A stretch of 21,882 nucleotides of DNA, from contig JBEBGD010000092.1 in the NCBI GenBank assembly GCA_040081625.1, positions 1-21,882 on the forward strand, in the 5' to 3' direction. Position 1 is the stretch's first letter, and each line of letters begins with the position of its first letter. The DNA comes from Chthoniobacteraceae bacterium (GTDB lineage: Bacteria > Verrucomicrobiota > Verrucomicrobiia > Chthoniobacterales > Chthoniobacteraceae). Position numbers and translations under genes: made by a program. Positions 8,951-16,464 of this stretch are shown piece after piece. Below the pieces are notes generated by a model that had not been told where the DNA came from, did not search any database, and saw only the letters and a program-made list of their open reading frames with translations.

Positions 8951-9537
8951 AGCTTCTCCTCGATGATCGTCCGAATGATGTCGTAAGCCACCTTCACCGG
9001 CGTCTGCGTCGCGTCGATCTCCGTCACCAGGTCCGGGCCATAAAACTCGATCACCGGCTTGCTCTCCTTCTCGTAAGTCTCGAGCCGGCGCCGGATCACC
9101 TCCTCGTTCGCGTCGTCGAACCGGTTGTCCTTGAGCGCCCGCTTCTTCAGCCGCGCCACCAGCGCCGGGCGGTCCGGGCAGGCCAGATGAAACACCCGCC
9201 GCACATCGATGATGTCGCGCATGATCTGCGCCTGTGGCGCATTGCGCGGGATGCCATCGAGCACCAGCGCGTCGATGTCCGGCTTGAAGATGTGCGACCG
9301 CACGTGATCGCCGATGCGCGCCTTCCAGAGCTGCACGGTCAGGTCATCGGGCACCAGCTCACCGCGGCTCGAATACTCGATGAACTTCTGCCCCACAGGC
9401 GTGCGCGTATCGAGCGTGCGAAACACATCCCCGCACGCGCAGTGATAGAAGCGCGGGATCGCGCCGAGGACCTTGCCTTGGGTCCCCTTCCCGCTGCCGG
9501 GAGCGCCGACGATGAGGAAGGTGCGGTATTTCTGCAT
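8947..9537 (-). CDS. adk: Adenylate kinase family NMP kinase, short-LID type
   Basis: GAPGSGKGTQ P-loop, GELVPD, LDGIPRN, RFDD...IRRRLETY; 196 aa. Confidence 0.88.
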   Translation of the reverse strand: MQKYRTFLIVGAPGSGKGTQGKVLGAIPRFYHCACGDVFRTLDTRTPVGQKFIEYSSRGELVPDDLTVQLWKARIGDHVRSHIFKPDIDALVLDGIPRNAPQAQIMRDIIDVRRVFHLACPDRPALVARLKKRALKDNRFDDANEEVIRRRLETYEKESKPVIEFYGPDLVTEIDATQTPVKVAYDIIRTIIEEKL

Positions 9538-9784
9538 AATCAGGAGGGCCGCGAGTAAAGGGCGCGCCCGCCCCGGCGCAAGCGCGAATCTCGCCCCTCT
9601 CCGGCCCCGCCGCAGCCGTAGATGTATTACATGGTCCGGCCCGCCTTCGATCCCGGCGGCATGAACCCCGGAAAATCAAACCCAAGATCATCGTCGCGCA
9701 GCAGCATGCACCGTCGATCCGCGCCGGCTTCCCGGCCCCCGACGCCGAAAATTCCTGAATCGGTCCTGGTCCCGCGGGGAGAAA

Positions 9785-9814
9785 TGGTCGGGCTGGCGGG
9801 ATTCGAACCCGCGA
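9785..9814 (-). repeat. 3' fragment of a tRNA gene (probably tRNA-Pro), prophage att core duplication
   Basis: Minus strand TCGCGGGTTCGAATCCCGCCAGCCCGACCA = T-arm (GCGGG/TTCGAAT/CCCGC), acceptor 3' strand, A73 and CCA. No anticodon or D arm upstream. G72/A73 fits bacterial tRNA-Pro. Confidence 0.85.
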
Positions 9815-9913
9815 ATGTGTCGCTTGGAATCCCCTGCCGTCCCCGCCTTCACTGGCGGTGCGGAATTGCGGAGGCGCGGCGGGGATGCGCGGGGAGAGGT
9901 TCGGACGCCAAAG

Positions 9914-9930
9914 TTGTTACTCTTTGTTAC
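9914..9930. promoter_or_regulatory. Tandem TTGTTAC direct repeat, candidate integrase arm-type sites
   Basis: TTGTTAC at 9914-9920 and 9924-9930 (10-bp period), about 100 bp inside the att core. Confidence 0.5.
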
Positions 9931-10706
9931 AGACCCGGCGGGCGGATGAAGCCGAGCAGGTGCAGGCCGCTCGTGACTCGGAAATCGAGCGCTCGCGTTT
10001 TGCGAAAAATGCCGTCGCCGTTGCGGTCGGCTTCGACGGTCCCGGGGGTCGCGCTCGTGTTGGCTTCGATGGTTCGCAGCACGGTCGGGAGGTCGAGTTT
10101 CGCGACGATGAATTCGTGGCCGCTTTCACCGGTGCCGAGTTGCATCACGCCGATCGCGCCGACGCATGGCTCGCGGGTGATCCAGCCTTTGAGCTTCGCG
10201 TTGCGCCAGCTCGTGAGGCAGTGCGGAGTGAGGACGGCGGCGATTTCGGCGAGGCGCGCGTGGCCGCGATAGACGGCGCGGAAGACGGCTTCGACGAAGG
10301 CGGCGCAGTAGGGCCAGCCGGGTTGCCAGCCGGCTTCGATCAGCACGCGGAGCAGCTCGTCGGCGATCGGGTCCGGGCCCGGCGTGGCGGGGAGGTCCCA
10401 CTTGCGGTTGCCGACGATCTCGGTGAGGCCGAGGTAACGCGCGGCTTCGATCACGATGCGCGGGCCGAAGGGAGATGTTACAGGTCCCTCGGCTTCGCTC
10501 GGGATGACAGACGGGGACGGGGCGACAGGGGTTCCGGGCGTCTGGACTCGGCGGCCGGCGATGAGCGCGGGGACGGTGCGCTCGACGAGGGCGAGGGTTT
10601 CATCGACGGCTTGCAGCGTGGCGCGGCCGAAGTCGCCGTCCTCTTTCGCTCCGCATCGATGCTGGATGCGCAGGACGGTCGCGCGATCGAAGGCGGCGGT
10701 GTTCAT
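9927..10706 (-). CDS. Endolysin: short peptidoglycan-binding motif plus CHAP (NlpC/P60-superfamily) domain
   Basis: N-terminal RIQ...DGDFGRAT; catalytic PYCAAFV...SGHEFIV...TIEANT...LGFIRP; start ATG 10706 coupled to the DUF1353 stop; 259 aa. Confidence 0.85.
   Translation of the reverse strand: MNTAAFDRATVLRIQHRCGAKEDGDFGRATLQAVDETLALVERTVPALIAGRRVQTPGTPVAPSPSVIPSEAEGPVTSPFGPRIVIEAARYLGLTEIVGNRKWDLPATPGPDPIADELLRVLIEAGWQPGWPYCAAFVEAVFRAVYRGHARLAEIAAVLTPHCLTSWRNAKLKGWITREPCVGAIGVMQLGTGESGHEFIVAKLDLPTVLRTIEANTSATPGTVEADRNGDGIFRKTRALDFRVTSGLHLLGFIRPPGL
10482..10509 (-). repeat. REP/MITE-like unit inside the endolysin linker
   Basis: TGTCATCCCGAGCGAAGCCGAGGGACCT, containing a GCGAAGC mini-hairpin; translated as VIPSEAEGP. 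Confidence 0.6.
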
Positions 10707-11089
10707 GCCGCTCTTTCTCCGAAGTGCCAGGCGGCCCAGCCGCCGAGGCGGACGCCGAGCCACATGCGCCAGCGCAGTCGCCAGCTCACGCCGTCGGCCT
10801 TCATCACGTCGCGGAAGATGCGGTCGCACTCGGCGCGCGTGAGCGTGTCGGGGATGGCGCCGAGGCGCGGGATGCCGCGGGTGTGGTAGAGCCAGTCGTG
10901 CAGGATCGCGGCGCGGTTCTGGCGGCCGATCTTTCCCGCGAAGCTCTGGAGCGGCCCGGGCACGCTCGCGTAATCGGTGACGAAGCCGGCGGGGACGGTG
11001 ATGTAGAGGCCCGCGCCCGGGTCGAAGTAATCGACGCGATCGAGCAGCGTGAAGGTGCCGTCGCCGTTGTCTTCGACGCGGATCTTCAT
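10703..11089 (-). CDS. DUF1353 domain protein
   Basis: VPAGFVTDYASVP...AAILHDWLY...CDRIF...MWLGVRLGG signature; 128 aa; ATGA-coupled on both sides. Confidence 0.9.
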   Translation of the reverse strand: MKIRVEDNGDGTFTLLDRVDYFDPGAGLYITVPAGFVTDYASVPGPLQSFAGKIGRQNRAAILHDWLYHTRGIPRLGAIPDTLTRAECDRIFRDVMKADGVSWRLRWRMWLGVRLGGWAAWHFGERAA

Positions 11090-11361
11090 GGCAGATCGTC
11101 GTCGTCGCGGGCGCGGAGGCGGTCGTGGGCCTCGATGCTCGCGCGGGTGGCCTTGTCCTCCCAGCGTTCGCGGCGCCAGCGGCGGGTGACGATGAGGAGC
11201 ATGATGACGGCGGTGAGCGCGGCGGCGATCGAGCCGATGTCGGCGGCGACGCCGGCGATTTCGTGGACGGCGCGGAGGATGCCGGAGACGACGCCGGAAA
11301 CCACGCCGAGCGAGCCCGCGATCATGGGGTGATTTTCGGCGAAGCTCTCGAGCGTTTTCAT
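11086..11361 (-). CDS. Putative holin
   Basis: 91 aa with two hydrophobic stretches and a highly charged C-tail (RRWRRERWEDK...DDDLP); first gene of the lysis cassette. Confidence 0.6.
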   Translation of the reverse strand: MKTLESFAENHPMIAGSLGVVSGVVSGILRAVHEIAGVAADIGSIAAALTAVIMLLIVTRRWRRERWEDKATRASIEAHDRLRARDDDDLP

Positions 11362-11376
11362 CGTCCGCACGGGGGC

Positions 11377-11384
11377 TGTCAAAG
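11377..11384 (-). promoter_or_regulatory. CTTTGACA motif 15 nt upstream of the holin ATG
   Basis: CTTTGACA-gcccccgtgcggacg-ATG; the same octamer occurs at 15446-15453 and 19816-19823. Confidence 0.65.
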
Positions 11385-11403
11385 ACGCGCCGCGGTCATC
11401 CGG

Positions 11404-13365
11404 TCACGGCTTCACTTCGGTCGCGGTGAGGACGGTCAGCGTCGTGCCGCCGTAGAGGCGGCCGGTGCTCGATTGGTTCAGGTAGCAGGTGCCGCTCGCG
11501 GCTCCATAGCGGACCTTGTAGGTGACGGCGCTCGTCGTCGCGGGGGCGTCGATGAAGTGGATCGGCGCGGCGAAAGGCTGGGTGACTCCGGCGCTTTCGA
11601 TCTCGAAGGTCGCGATCGCGTCGGCGCCGCTGTCGCGGAAGATGGCGTAGGCGATGGCGTTGCCGGTCGAGCGCGCGATGTGGATCACGCCGTCGATGCG
11701 CACCTTGTTGCTCGCGCTGGTCGGCGTGATCGTGACGGTGAGCGCCTCGGAACCCTCGGTGCTCTGCGGGATCGTGTCGTCGCGCGGGATGGCAGTCGTG
11801 TGCGAGGCGGTGGCGGCGGTGGATGCGGTGACGACTTGGACGGCTCCTCCTCCGGTCACCCATTTGAGTCCCGTGGATTGCGCGCTGTCGGCCTCTAGGA
11901 TTTTCCCGTTGCTTCCAACGGCGAGCTTGTCCGATGTATCCGCGCCGGTGCCGACGGCGAGGTCGCCCTTGGCGTCAAAGATCGCATCTGTCGCGACCGA
12001 CCCGCCCACCGTCACCCATTCGAGTGTGCGCTGCGTGCCGGAGACAGTCCCGGCGAGCACCTGCCCGGTCGTGCCGATGGACGCCGGCCACTTGTAGTCG
12101 ATGTTCGCGCTTTGGACTTGTGCCGAGAAGCTGGAGTAGTTCGTGCCGCTGCCGGAGGGTTCGAGAAAGCGGAACTCGCTCGCGGTCGCGCCGCCGCCGA
12201 TGGTGGCGACTTTCCCGCTGCCGAGGCACAAGTTCAAGTTCCCTGTGAAGTTACTGTCCCCGGCGACGGCGAAGGACGCGGCGGAAAGAAATCCGTCCGC
12301 TTGAACGTAGAAAAGACTACCCACTAGATTGATTGCCAGCCCCGGCGAACCGGAAATGCCGGTCATGTCAATCGACAGTGAGTTTGATCCGTCAGACGAC
12401 GTATTGACGATTGTGGTGGTTTCTCCGTCGCCCGTTGTGAAGCTATTCGCCCCCGTGAACGCATTGTTCGCACCCAGCGTCGCAAACGTGCTCGTGCCTC
12501 CGGGGATCGTGTGCGTGTTGAGCGTGCCCAGCCCGGTCACGTTCCCCGTGTCGCCGATGATCACCACGCTGTTTTGCCCGAGCTTGCCGGTGCCGAGATC
12601 GAACCGCACCACCGCGTTATCCGTCGAGCTGGCCGGACCCACGAAATCGCCCGTGCCGGCCACTGTGCCCCACTCGACCGCAGTCGCGCCGCCGTTCACC
12701 TTGAGCACCTGGCCGGCGGTGCCGAGCGCCAGCCGCGCAGCAGTGTTCGCCCCCGTGCCTTGCACGAGATCTCCCGCCGCATCCCAGATCGCATCCGTCG
12801 CCATCGCGCCGGGGGTCAGGGTCGCCAGCTCGTAATCCGTCTCGCCCGCATTCACGCGCAGCACCTTGAGCGTCTGCCCCGCCATCGCCGGCAGCACCGA
12901 CGTGCGGAACGCCGCGAAGTTCGCGGAGCCGAGCAGCGTCTGCACATTCGCGCTCGGCGTGATGCCCGCATACGTCGTGAGGTCCGCGTCGTAAGCCTGC
13001 ACATTCGTGCCGATGACCAGGCCGAGGCTCGTGCGCATCGCGGCGAAGTCGGCGGCGGCGAGCAGCGTCTGCACGTTCGCGCTCGGCGTGATGCCGGCAT
13101 ACGTCGTGAGATCCGCGTCGTAGGCCTGCACGTTCGTGCCGATCGCGAGGCCGGCGGCGGTGCGCAGCTCGGCGTAGGTGGTGATGCTCGTGCCGAAGAG
13201 CGTGAACGTGGCGCCGGTCGGCAGCACGAGCTGGCTCGTGTTCGCGAAGCTGATCGCCGCGGCTGCCGCCACCGTCGCGGAGCCGGTGAGGCGCGCGTCC
13301 TGGATGAGCGGGCCGGCGAGCGCGGCCGAGGCGAGGGCGATGAAGGCGAGGAGAGTGCGGGTCAT
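11404..13365 (-). CDS. Tail-fibre-like protein with N-terminal signal peptide
   Basis: Start ATG 13365; fibre-type modules GTNVQAYDADL (x2), DAKGDLAVGTGAD...LKW (x2), GPASSTDNAVVRFD, EFRFLEPSGSGTNY, and C-terminal TITPTSASNKV...YKVR; 653 aa. Confidence 0.8.
   Translation of the reverse strand: MTRTLLAFIALASAALAGPLIQDARLTGSATVAAAAAISFANTSQLVLPTGATFTLFGTSITTYAELRTAAGLAIGTNVQAYDADLTTYAGITPSANVQTLLAAADFAAMRTSLGLVIGTNVQAYDADLTTYAGITPSANVQTLLGSANFAAFRTSVLPAMAGQTLKVLRVNAGETDYELATLTPGAMATDAIWDAAGDLVQGTGANTAARLALGTAGQVLKVNGGATAVEWGTVAGTGDFVGPASSTDNAVVRFDLGTGKLGQNSVVIIGDTGNVTGLGTLNTHTIPGGTSTFATLGANNAFTGANSFTTGDGETTTIVNTSSDGSNSLSIDMTGISGSPGLAINLVGSLFYVQADGFLSAASFAVAGDSNFTGNLNLCLGSGKVATIGGGATASEFRFLEPSGSGTNYSSFSAQVQSANIDYKWPASIGTTGQVLAGTVSGTQRTLEWVTVGGSVATDAIFDAKGDLAVGTGADTSDKLAVGSNGKILEADSAQSTGLKWVTGGGAVQVVTASTAATASHTTAIPRDDTIPQSTEGSEALTVTITPTSASNKVRIDGVIHIARSTGNAIAYAIFRDSGADAIATFEIESAGVTQPFAAPIHFIDAPATTSAVTYKVRYGAASGTCYLNQSSTGRLYGGTTLTVLTATEVKP
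12895..13152 (-). repeat. Two tandem 129-bp (43-aa) repeats in the fibre gene
   Basis: GL(A/V)IGTNVQAYDADLTTYAGITPSANVQTLL...AA(M/F)RTS twice, offset 129 nt. Confidence 0.92.
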
Positions 13366-13370
13366 GGTGT

Positions 13371-15431
13371 TCAAAGCAGGGCCATCCAGTGCAGCGAGCA
13401 GTCTTCCGGCGCGGCCCCGCTGAGCAGCACGGTGAAGCCGGTGGTGGCGATGGAATGGACGGCGTAGGCGATCGGCGGGTCGTCGTCGCCGGACGCGGCC
13501 TTGATCACCGGCGACACGAGCACGGTCGTCGGCGGCGTGGCGAAGCTCGACGCGAAGGCGATGACGGCCGTCGTCTCGCCCATCGCGATTGCCTCGCTCC
13601 CGCGCTTGAATGTGCTGCTGTCGGAGAGGCTGAAATCGGGCGAGCCGGTGATCGCCGAGGCGAGCAGGTCGCGCGTGAGCGTGCAGGGCACGTTGAGCGC
13701 CTGCTGCTCGCTTTCGCCGGTGCGCGTGAACTTCACCTCGAGCACCGCGCTGAGCGAGACGGCGCTCGTCGCGGCGAAGGCGGTGTGCAGCGCCAGCGTG
13801 CTGAAGGGCAGCGTGCCGTCCCAGCCGATGAGCCATTCGAGGCTGTCGTCTTCGACGGTCGGCGCGGTGGGCGTGCCGAGCACGGTGCGCGTGAGTGTCC
13901 AGGTGAAGGGCGCGCTCTTCGTGACGGTCCAGTAGCCGCCGAGCCGCGACTCGAATGCGGCGCGGGTCGCGAACGCATCGACGGTGGCGACGATGCTGAA
14001 GCCGGCGCGGCTGATCGTGGTGGAGAAGTAGGCGCTGCTGCTGACGGTCGTGGTGCCCGCGCGCGAGCCGGCGCTCGCGTCGGTGATGGTGATCAGTCCG
14101 CTTGAGTTCGTGGAAGTCCACGCGCCATCCGAGTCGAGCGCGGTCTCGATGTTCCCGCCCGCGGTGCTCGCGGTGGCGCCACCGGCGACGGCGACGGGGA
14201 TCGCGCGCGTGGCGGCGGCTGCCCATGCGGGCGGCGCTGCGGGCAGGCCGCCGACGGTCACATAGACGGCGGCGGTGCCGTTGGCGTCGTCGAGCATGAA
14301 GCCCTGGCCTTGGAGCTGGCCGGCGACTCCGGTCGTCGCGATGCTGACCGTGAAGTGACTCGACCCGGCGCTCGTCTTGCTCGCGGTCTTCGCCCCAGCC
14401 GAGGCGGCGGTGACGGTGACGAGCGCGTTTTCATCGATCGTCGCGGAGAAGTGGCCGTGCGCATTGAGCGCGTCGGCGATGGCGGCGGCCACGGCGAATT
14501 CATCCTCGCCGGTGTTGATGGTCGTGATCTCCGTCACGCTGCCGCCGGCGGGCGTCGCCGGAGCGGAGGCCCCGCCATTGTCCTTGTCGATCCAGAAACG
14601 CTCGGTCGTGTCGGCGTTGTCCGGCAGGTCGAAGTAGGCGCCGGTCGCGAAGTCGGCGACGGCGACGGGTGCGATCGTCCACACCTGCGCGACCGCCGTG
14701 TTCGGCTGAACGCGGACCTTGACCACATGCGTCTCGCCGGAGAGCAGCCGGAAGGCGCCGCGAATCGGGTCGGGGGCGATGGCGACGGAGTAGCGCGCGG
14801 GTGCTGTGGCGCTGCCGGCGGCGATCTGCGTGATCGTTACGTCGTCGGCGGAGTCGTCGCGAGCCGCCCAATTCTCCGAGTAGGCGTAGAAGTTCTGCGT
14901 GATGCGGAGCGTGTATTGCGCGCGCACTCCTGAGGCGGCGGGGATGGGGTTCGCGATCTGCGCCTGCGAGGGCGGGCCGAGTTCCGTCACGTCGGCGGTG
15001 AGCGTGAGCGTGGTGTTCGCGACGTTGAGCAGGATCGTGTAGAGCACGCCCGCCTTCGTGACGGTGACGCCGCCCGCGGTCGTGACGGCGGCGTTCGCGT
15101 TCAGCGCCGTCTCGAGCGCCGCGGCGGTGATGTTGTAGGCGAGGCCGGCGAGGCCGGTGCCGCTGGCGTTGGCGGTGAGATCGAAGGTGCCGCTGGTCGG
15201 CGCCACATCGAGCGGGCCTACGCCGACGCGAATCTCGTCGATGGTGTCGGGATCGATCTCGGAAAAGATTCGCTCGTCGGCTTCCGCGCGCTCGAGCAGG
15301 TGGATGCGCCGCGGCTGCACGTCGTCACGCACGAAGCGGCGGTCCGGTCCCGCAGTGTTCTCGCCGATGCCGGCGAGCCACCCGGTGGCGGATGGACTTG
15401 AGACGTCGATGAACCAGGCGGGCGCGGACAT
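13371..15431 (-). CDS. Large tail-tip/appendage protein with repeated domains and a lectin-like C-terminus
   Basis: 686 aa from ATG 15431 (alternative ATG 15446); Ala/Thr-rich; GTFDLT...LAYNITAAALETAL module; C-terminal IAFASSFATPPTTVLVS...TTGFTV...LHWMAL resembles H-type-lectin-like fibre tips. Confidence 0.7.
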   Translation of the reverse strand: MSAPAWFIDVSSPSATGWLAGIGENTAGPDRRFVRDDVQPRRIHLLERAEADERIFSEIDPDTIDEIRVGVGPLDVAPTSGTFDLTANASGTGLAGLAYNITAAALETALNANAAVTTAGGVTVTKAGVLYTILLNVANTTLTLTADVTELGPPSQAQIANPIPAASGVRAQYTLRITQNFYAYSENWAARDDSADDVTITQIAAGSATAPARYSVAIAPDPIRGAFRLLSGETHVVKVRVQPNTAVAQVWTIAPVAVADFATGAYFDLPDNADTTERFWIDKDNGGASAPATPAGGSVTEITTINTGEDEFAVAAAIADALNAHGHFSATIDENALVTVTAASAGAKTASKTSAGSSHFTVSIATTGVAGQLQGQGFMLDDANGTAAVYVTVGGLPAAPPAWAAAATRAIPVAVAGGATASTAGGNIETALDSDGAWTSTNSSGLITITDASAGSRAGTTTVSSSAYFSTTISRAGFSIVATVDAFATRAAFESRLGGYWTVTKSAPFTWTLTRTVLGTPTAPTVEDDSLEWLIGWDGTLPFSTLALHTAFAATSAVSLSAVLEVKFTRTGESEQQALNVPCTLTRDLLASAITGSPDFSLSDSSTFKRGSEAIAMGETTAVIAFASSFATPPTTVLVSPVIKAASGDDDPPIAYAVHSIATTGFTVLLSGAAPEDCSLHWMALL

Positions 15432-15445
15432 TACCCCGCCGGGCA

Positions 15446-15453
15446 TGTCAAAG
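15446..15453 (-). promoter_or_regulatory. CTTTGACA motif 14 nt upstream of ATG 15431; also a CTT-TGA-C recoding-like site
   Basis: Contains the stop codon of the upstream gene; reads CGG CTT TGA CAT GCC. Confidence 0.55.
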
Positions 15454-16464
15454 CCGCATCGCAGTGCGCCGCCCGGTGCCTTCGACCCACCGGCCCGCGT
15501 AGCCGAACCATTCGATCGGCTCGATCTTCACGTTGCCGAGCAGCGACTGGCGCGCGGCGCTCAGGCTCAGCTCGTAGAGCGGCACGAGGCCGAGCCCCAT
15601 GAAGTCGAGCGACGACTCCGATCGCGTCCAGCTAAACGTGCTCCCGATCGACGGCGGCGGCCACGGGTGCGTGGAGACGGTGAGATATTTCGGCCCCGGC
15701 TCGCGATTGATCTGCTGCGAGTAGTAGAGGTGGGGGAAGATGCGGCGCTCATACGGGTAGATCGGCGAGCGATAGAAGACCGCGGCCTTATACCCCTGCG
15801 ACCACACCGCCGACTCGTCGCCCTCCGGCTGACGAAAGCCGATACTCATCACGTCCTGCGTGAGGACCGGCCACGACGCGTAGAGCGTGCTGTCCACGTC
15901 GAGCGGGTTGGTGCGCTCGTCGTTGAGGAAGGGCGCGGTGTTTTCCGGGATCGTGATGACTCCGAAGCCGAGCACGATGTGGTTGGGGCTGCCGCCGCTC
16001 CACTCCGGCTGCTGGTCGAAGTTCACGACGCTCATGCCCGGCCAGCGATCGAGCAGGTATTCCTCGCCCTGCCGCGGCGTGTAGTCGCCGCTGCGGTTGT
16101 GATGCCGCGCGCCGATGTAGCCGCCGCCATTCGGACACGTCACGCTGATCTGCCGCACGCGGAAGTTGATCTCGTGCGCCTGGTCGAAGCTCAACCCGAG
16201 CGGGTGAAAACTCGGCACCGCATCCGGGTCCGAAAGCAGCGGAGGCGGCCGCAGCTCCGCGAGCCTGAAATCCGGCGGCGCGGCGAGCGTCGCATCGCGC
16301 GGATCGGTCTGCGACTCGATGAGCATCGGCGACTCCGGCGCCTCGACCAGCCCGAGCAGAGCATCGCCCGTGAAGCCCGGCGTGCGCGTGACGGGCCAGC
16401 ACCCTTCGCCGGTCTCGTCGTTCACGTCGATCGCGTGGAAGAAACGATCAGGAGGAGCTGCCAT
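15448..16464 (-). CDS. Phage hypothetical protein, tail-tip region
   Basis: 338 aa, Pro/aromatic-rich, located between the post-TMP genes and the appendage gene; no family recognised. Confidence 0.7.
   Translation of the reverse strand: MAAPPDRFFHAIDVNDETGEGCWPVTRTPGFTGDALLGLVEAPESPMLIESQTDPRDATLAAPPDFRLAELRPPPLLSDPDAVPSFHPLGLSFDQAHEINFRVRQISVTCPNGGGYIGARHHNRSGDYTPRQGEEYLLDRWPGMSVVNFDQQPEWSGGSPNHIVLGFGVITIPENTAPFLNDERTNPLDVDSTLYASWPVLTQDVMSIGFRQPEGDESAVWSQGYKAAVFYRSPIYPYERRIFPHLYYSQQINREPGPKYLTVSTHPWPPPSIGSTFSWTRSESSLDFMGLGLVPLYELSLSAARQSLLGNVKIEPIEWFGYAGRWVEGTGRRTAMRL

Noticed and set aside
1620..8986. Long + strand ORFs 1620-3212, 4555-6201 and 7343-8986
   Set aside because: Arg/Ala-rich shadows opposite or out of frame with well-supported genes, as expected at high GC.
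9785..9860. Intact tRNA gene
   Set aside because: Similarity stops at 9814; no anticodon arm, D arm or 5' acceptor strand follows.
9622..10272. ORF crossing the att site (contains MVGLAGFEPA)
   Set aside because: That peptide is the antisense translation of the tRNA fragment; the rest overlaps the endolysin antisense.
11404..11800. Diversity-generating retroelement or invertible fibre tip
   Set aside because: No reverse transcriptase, template repeat, invertase or alternative tip cassette in the window.
12366..12371. Additional TTGACA inside the fibre gene
   Set aside because: Lacks the CT prefix, lies mid-CDS in the low-GC patch, and has no ATG 14-16 nt downstream.
13363..13376. CTT-TGA at the end of the 686-aa gene as a +1 frameshift into the fibre
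   Set aside because: The fibre ORF is in the -1 frame relative to this stop; the +1 frame gives nonsense and no -1 slippery heptamer was seen.
13366..14226. N-terminal extension making the fibre 940 aa
   Set aside because: Arg/His-rich off-frame reading of the upstream gene; composition turns protein-like only at ATG 13365.
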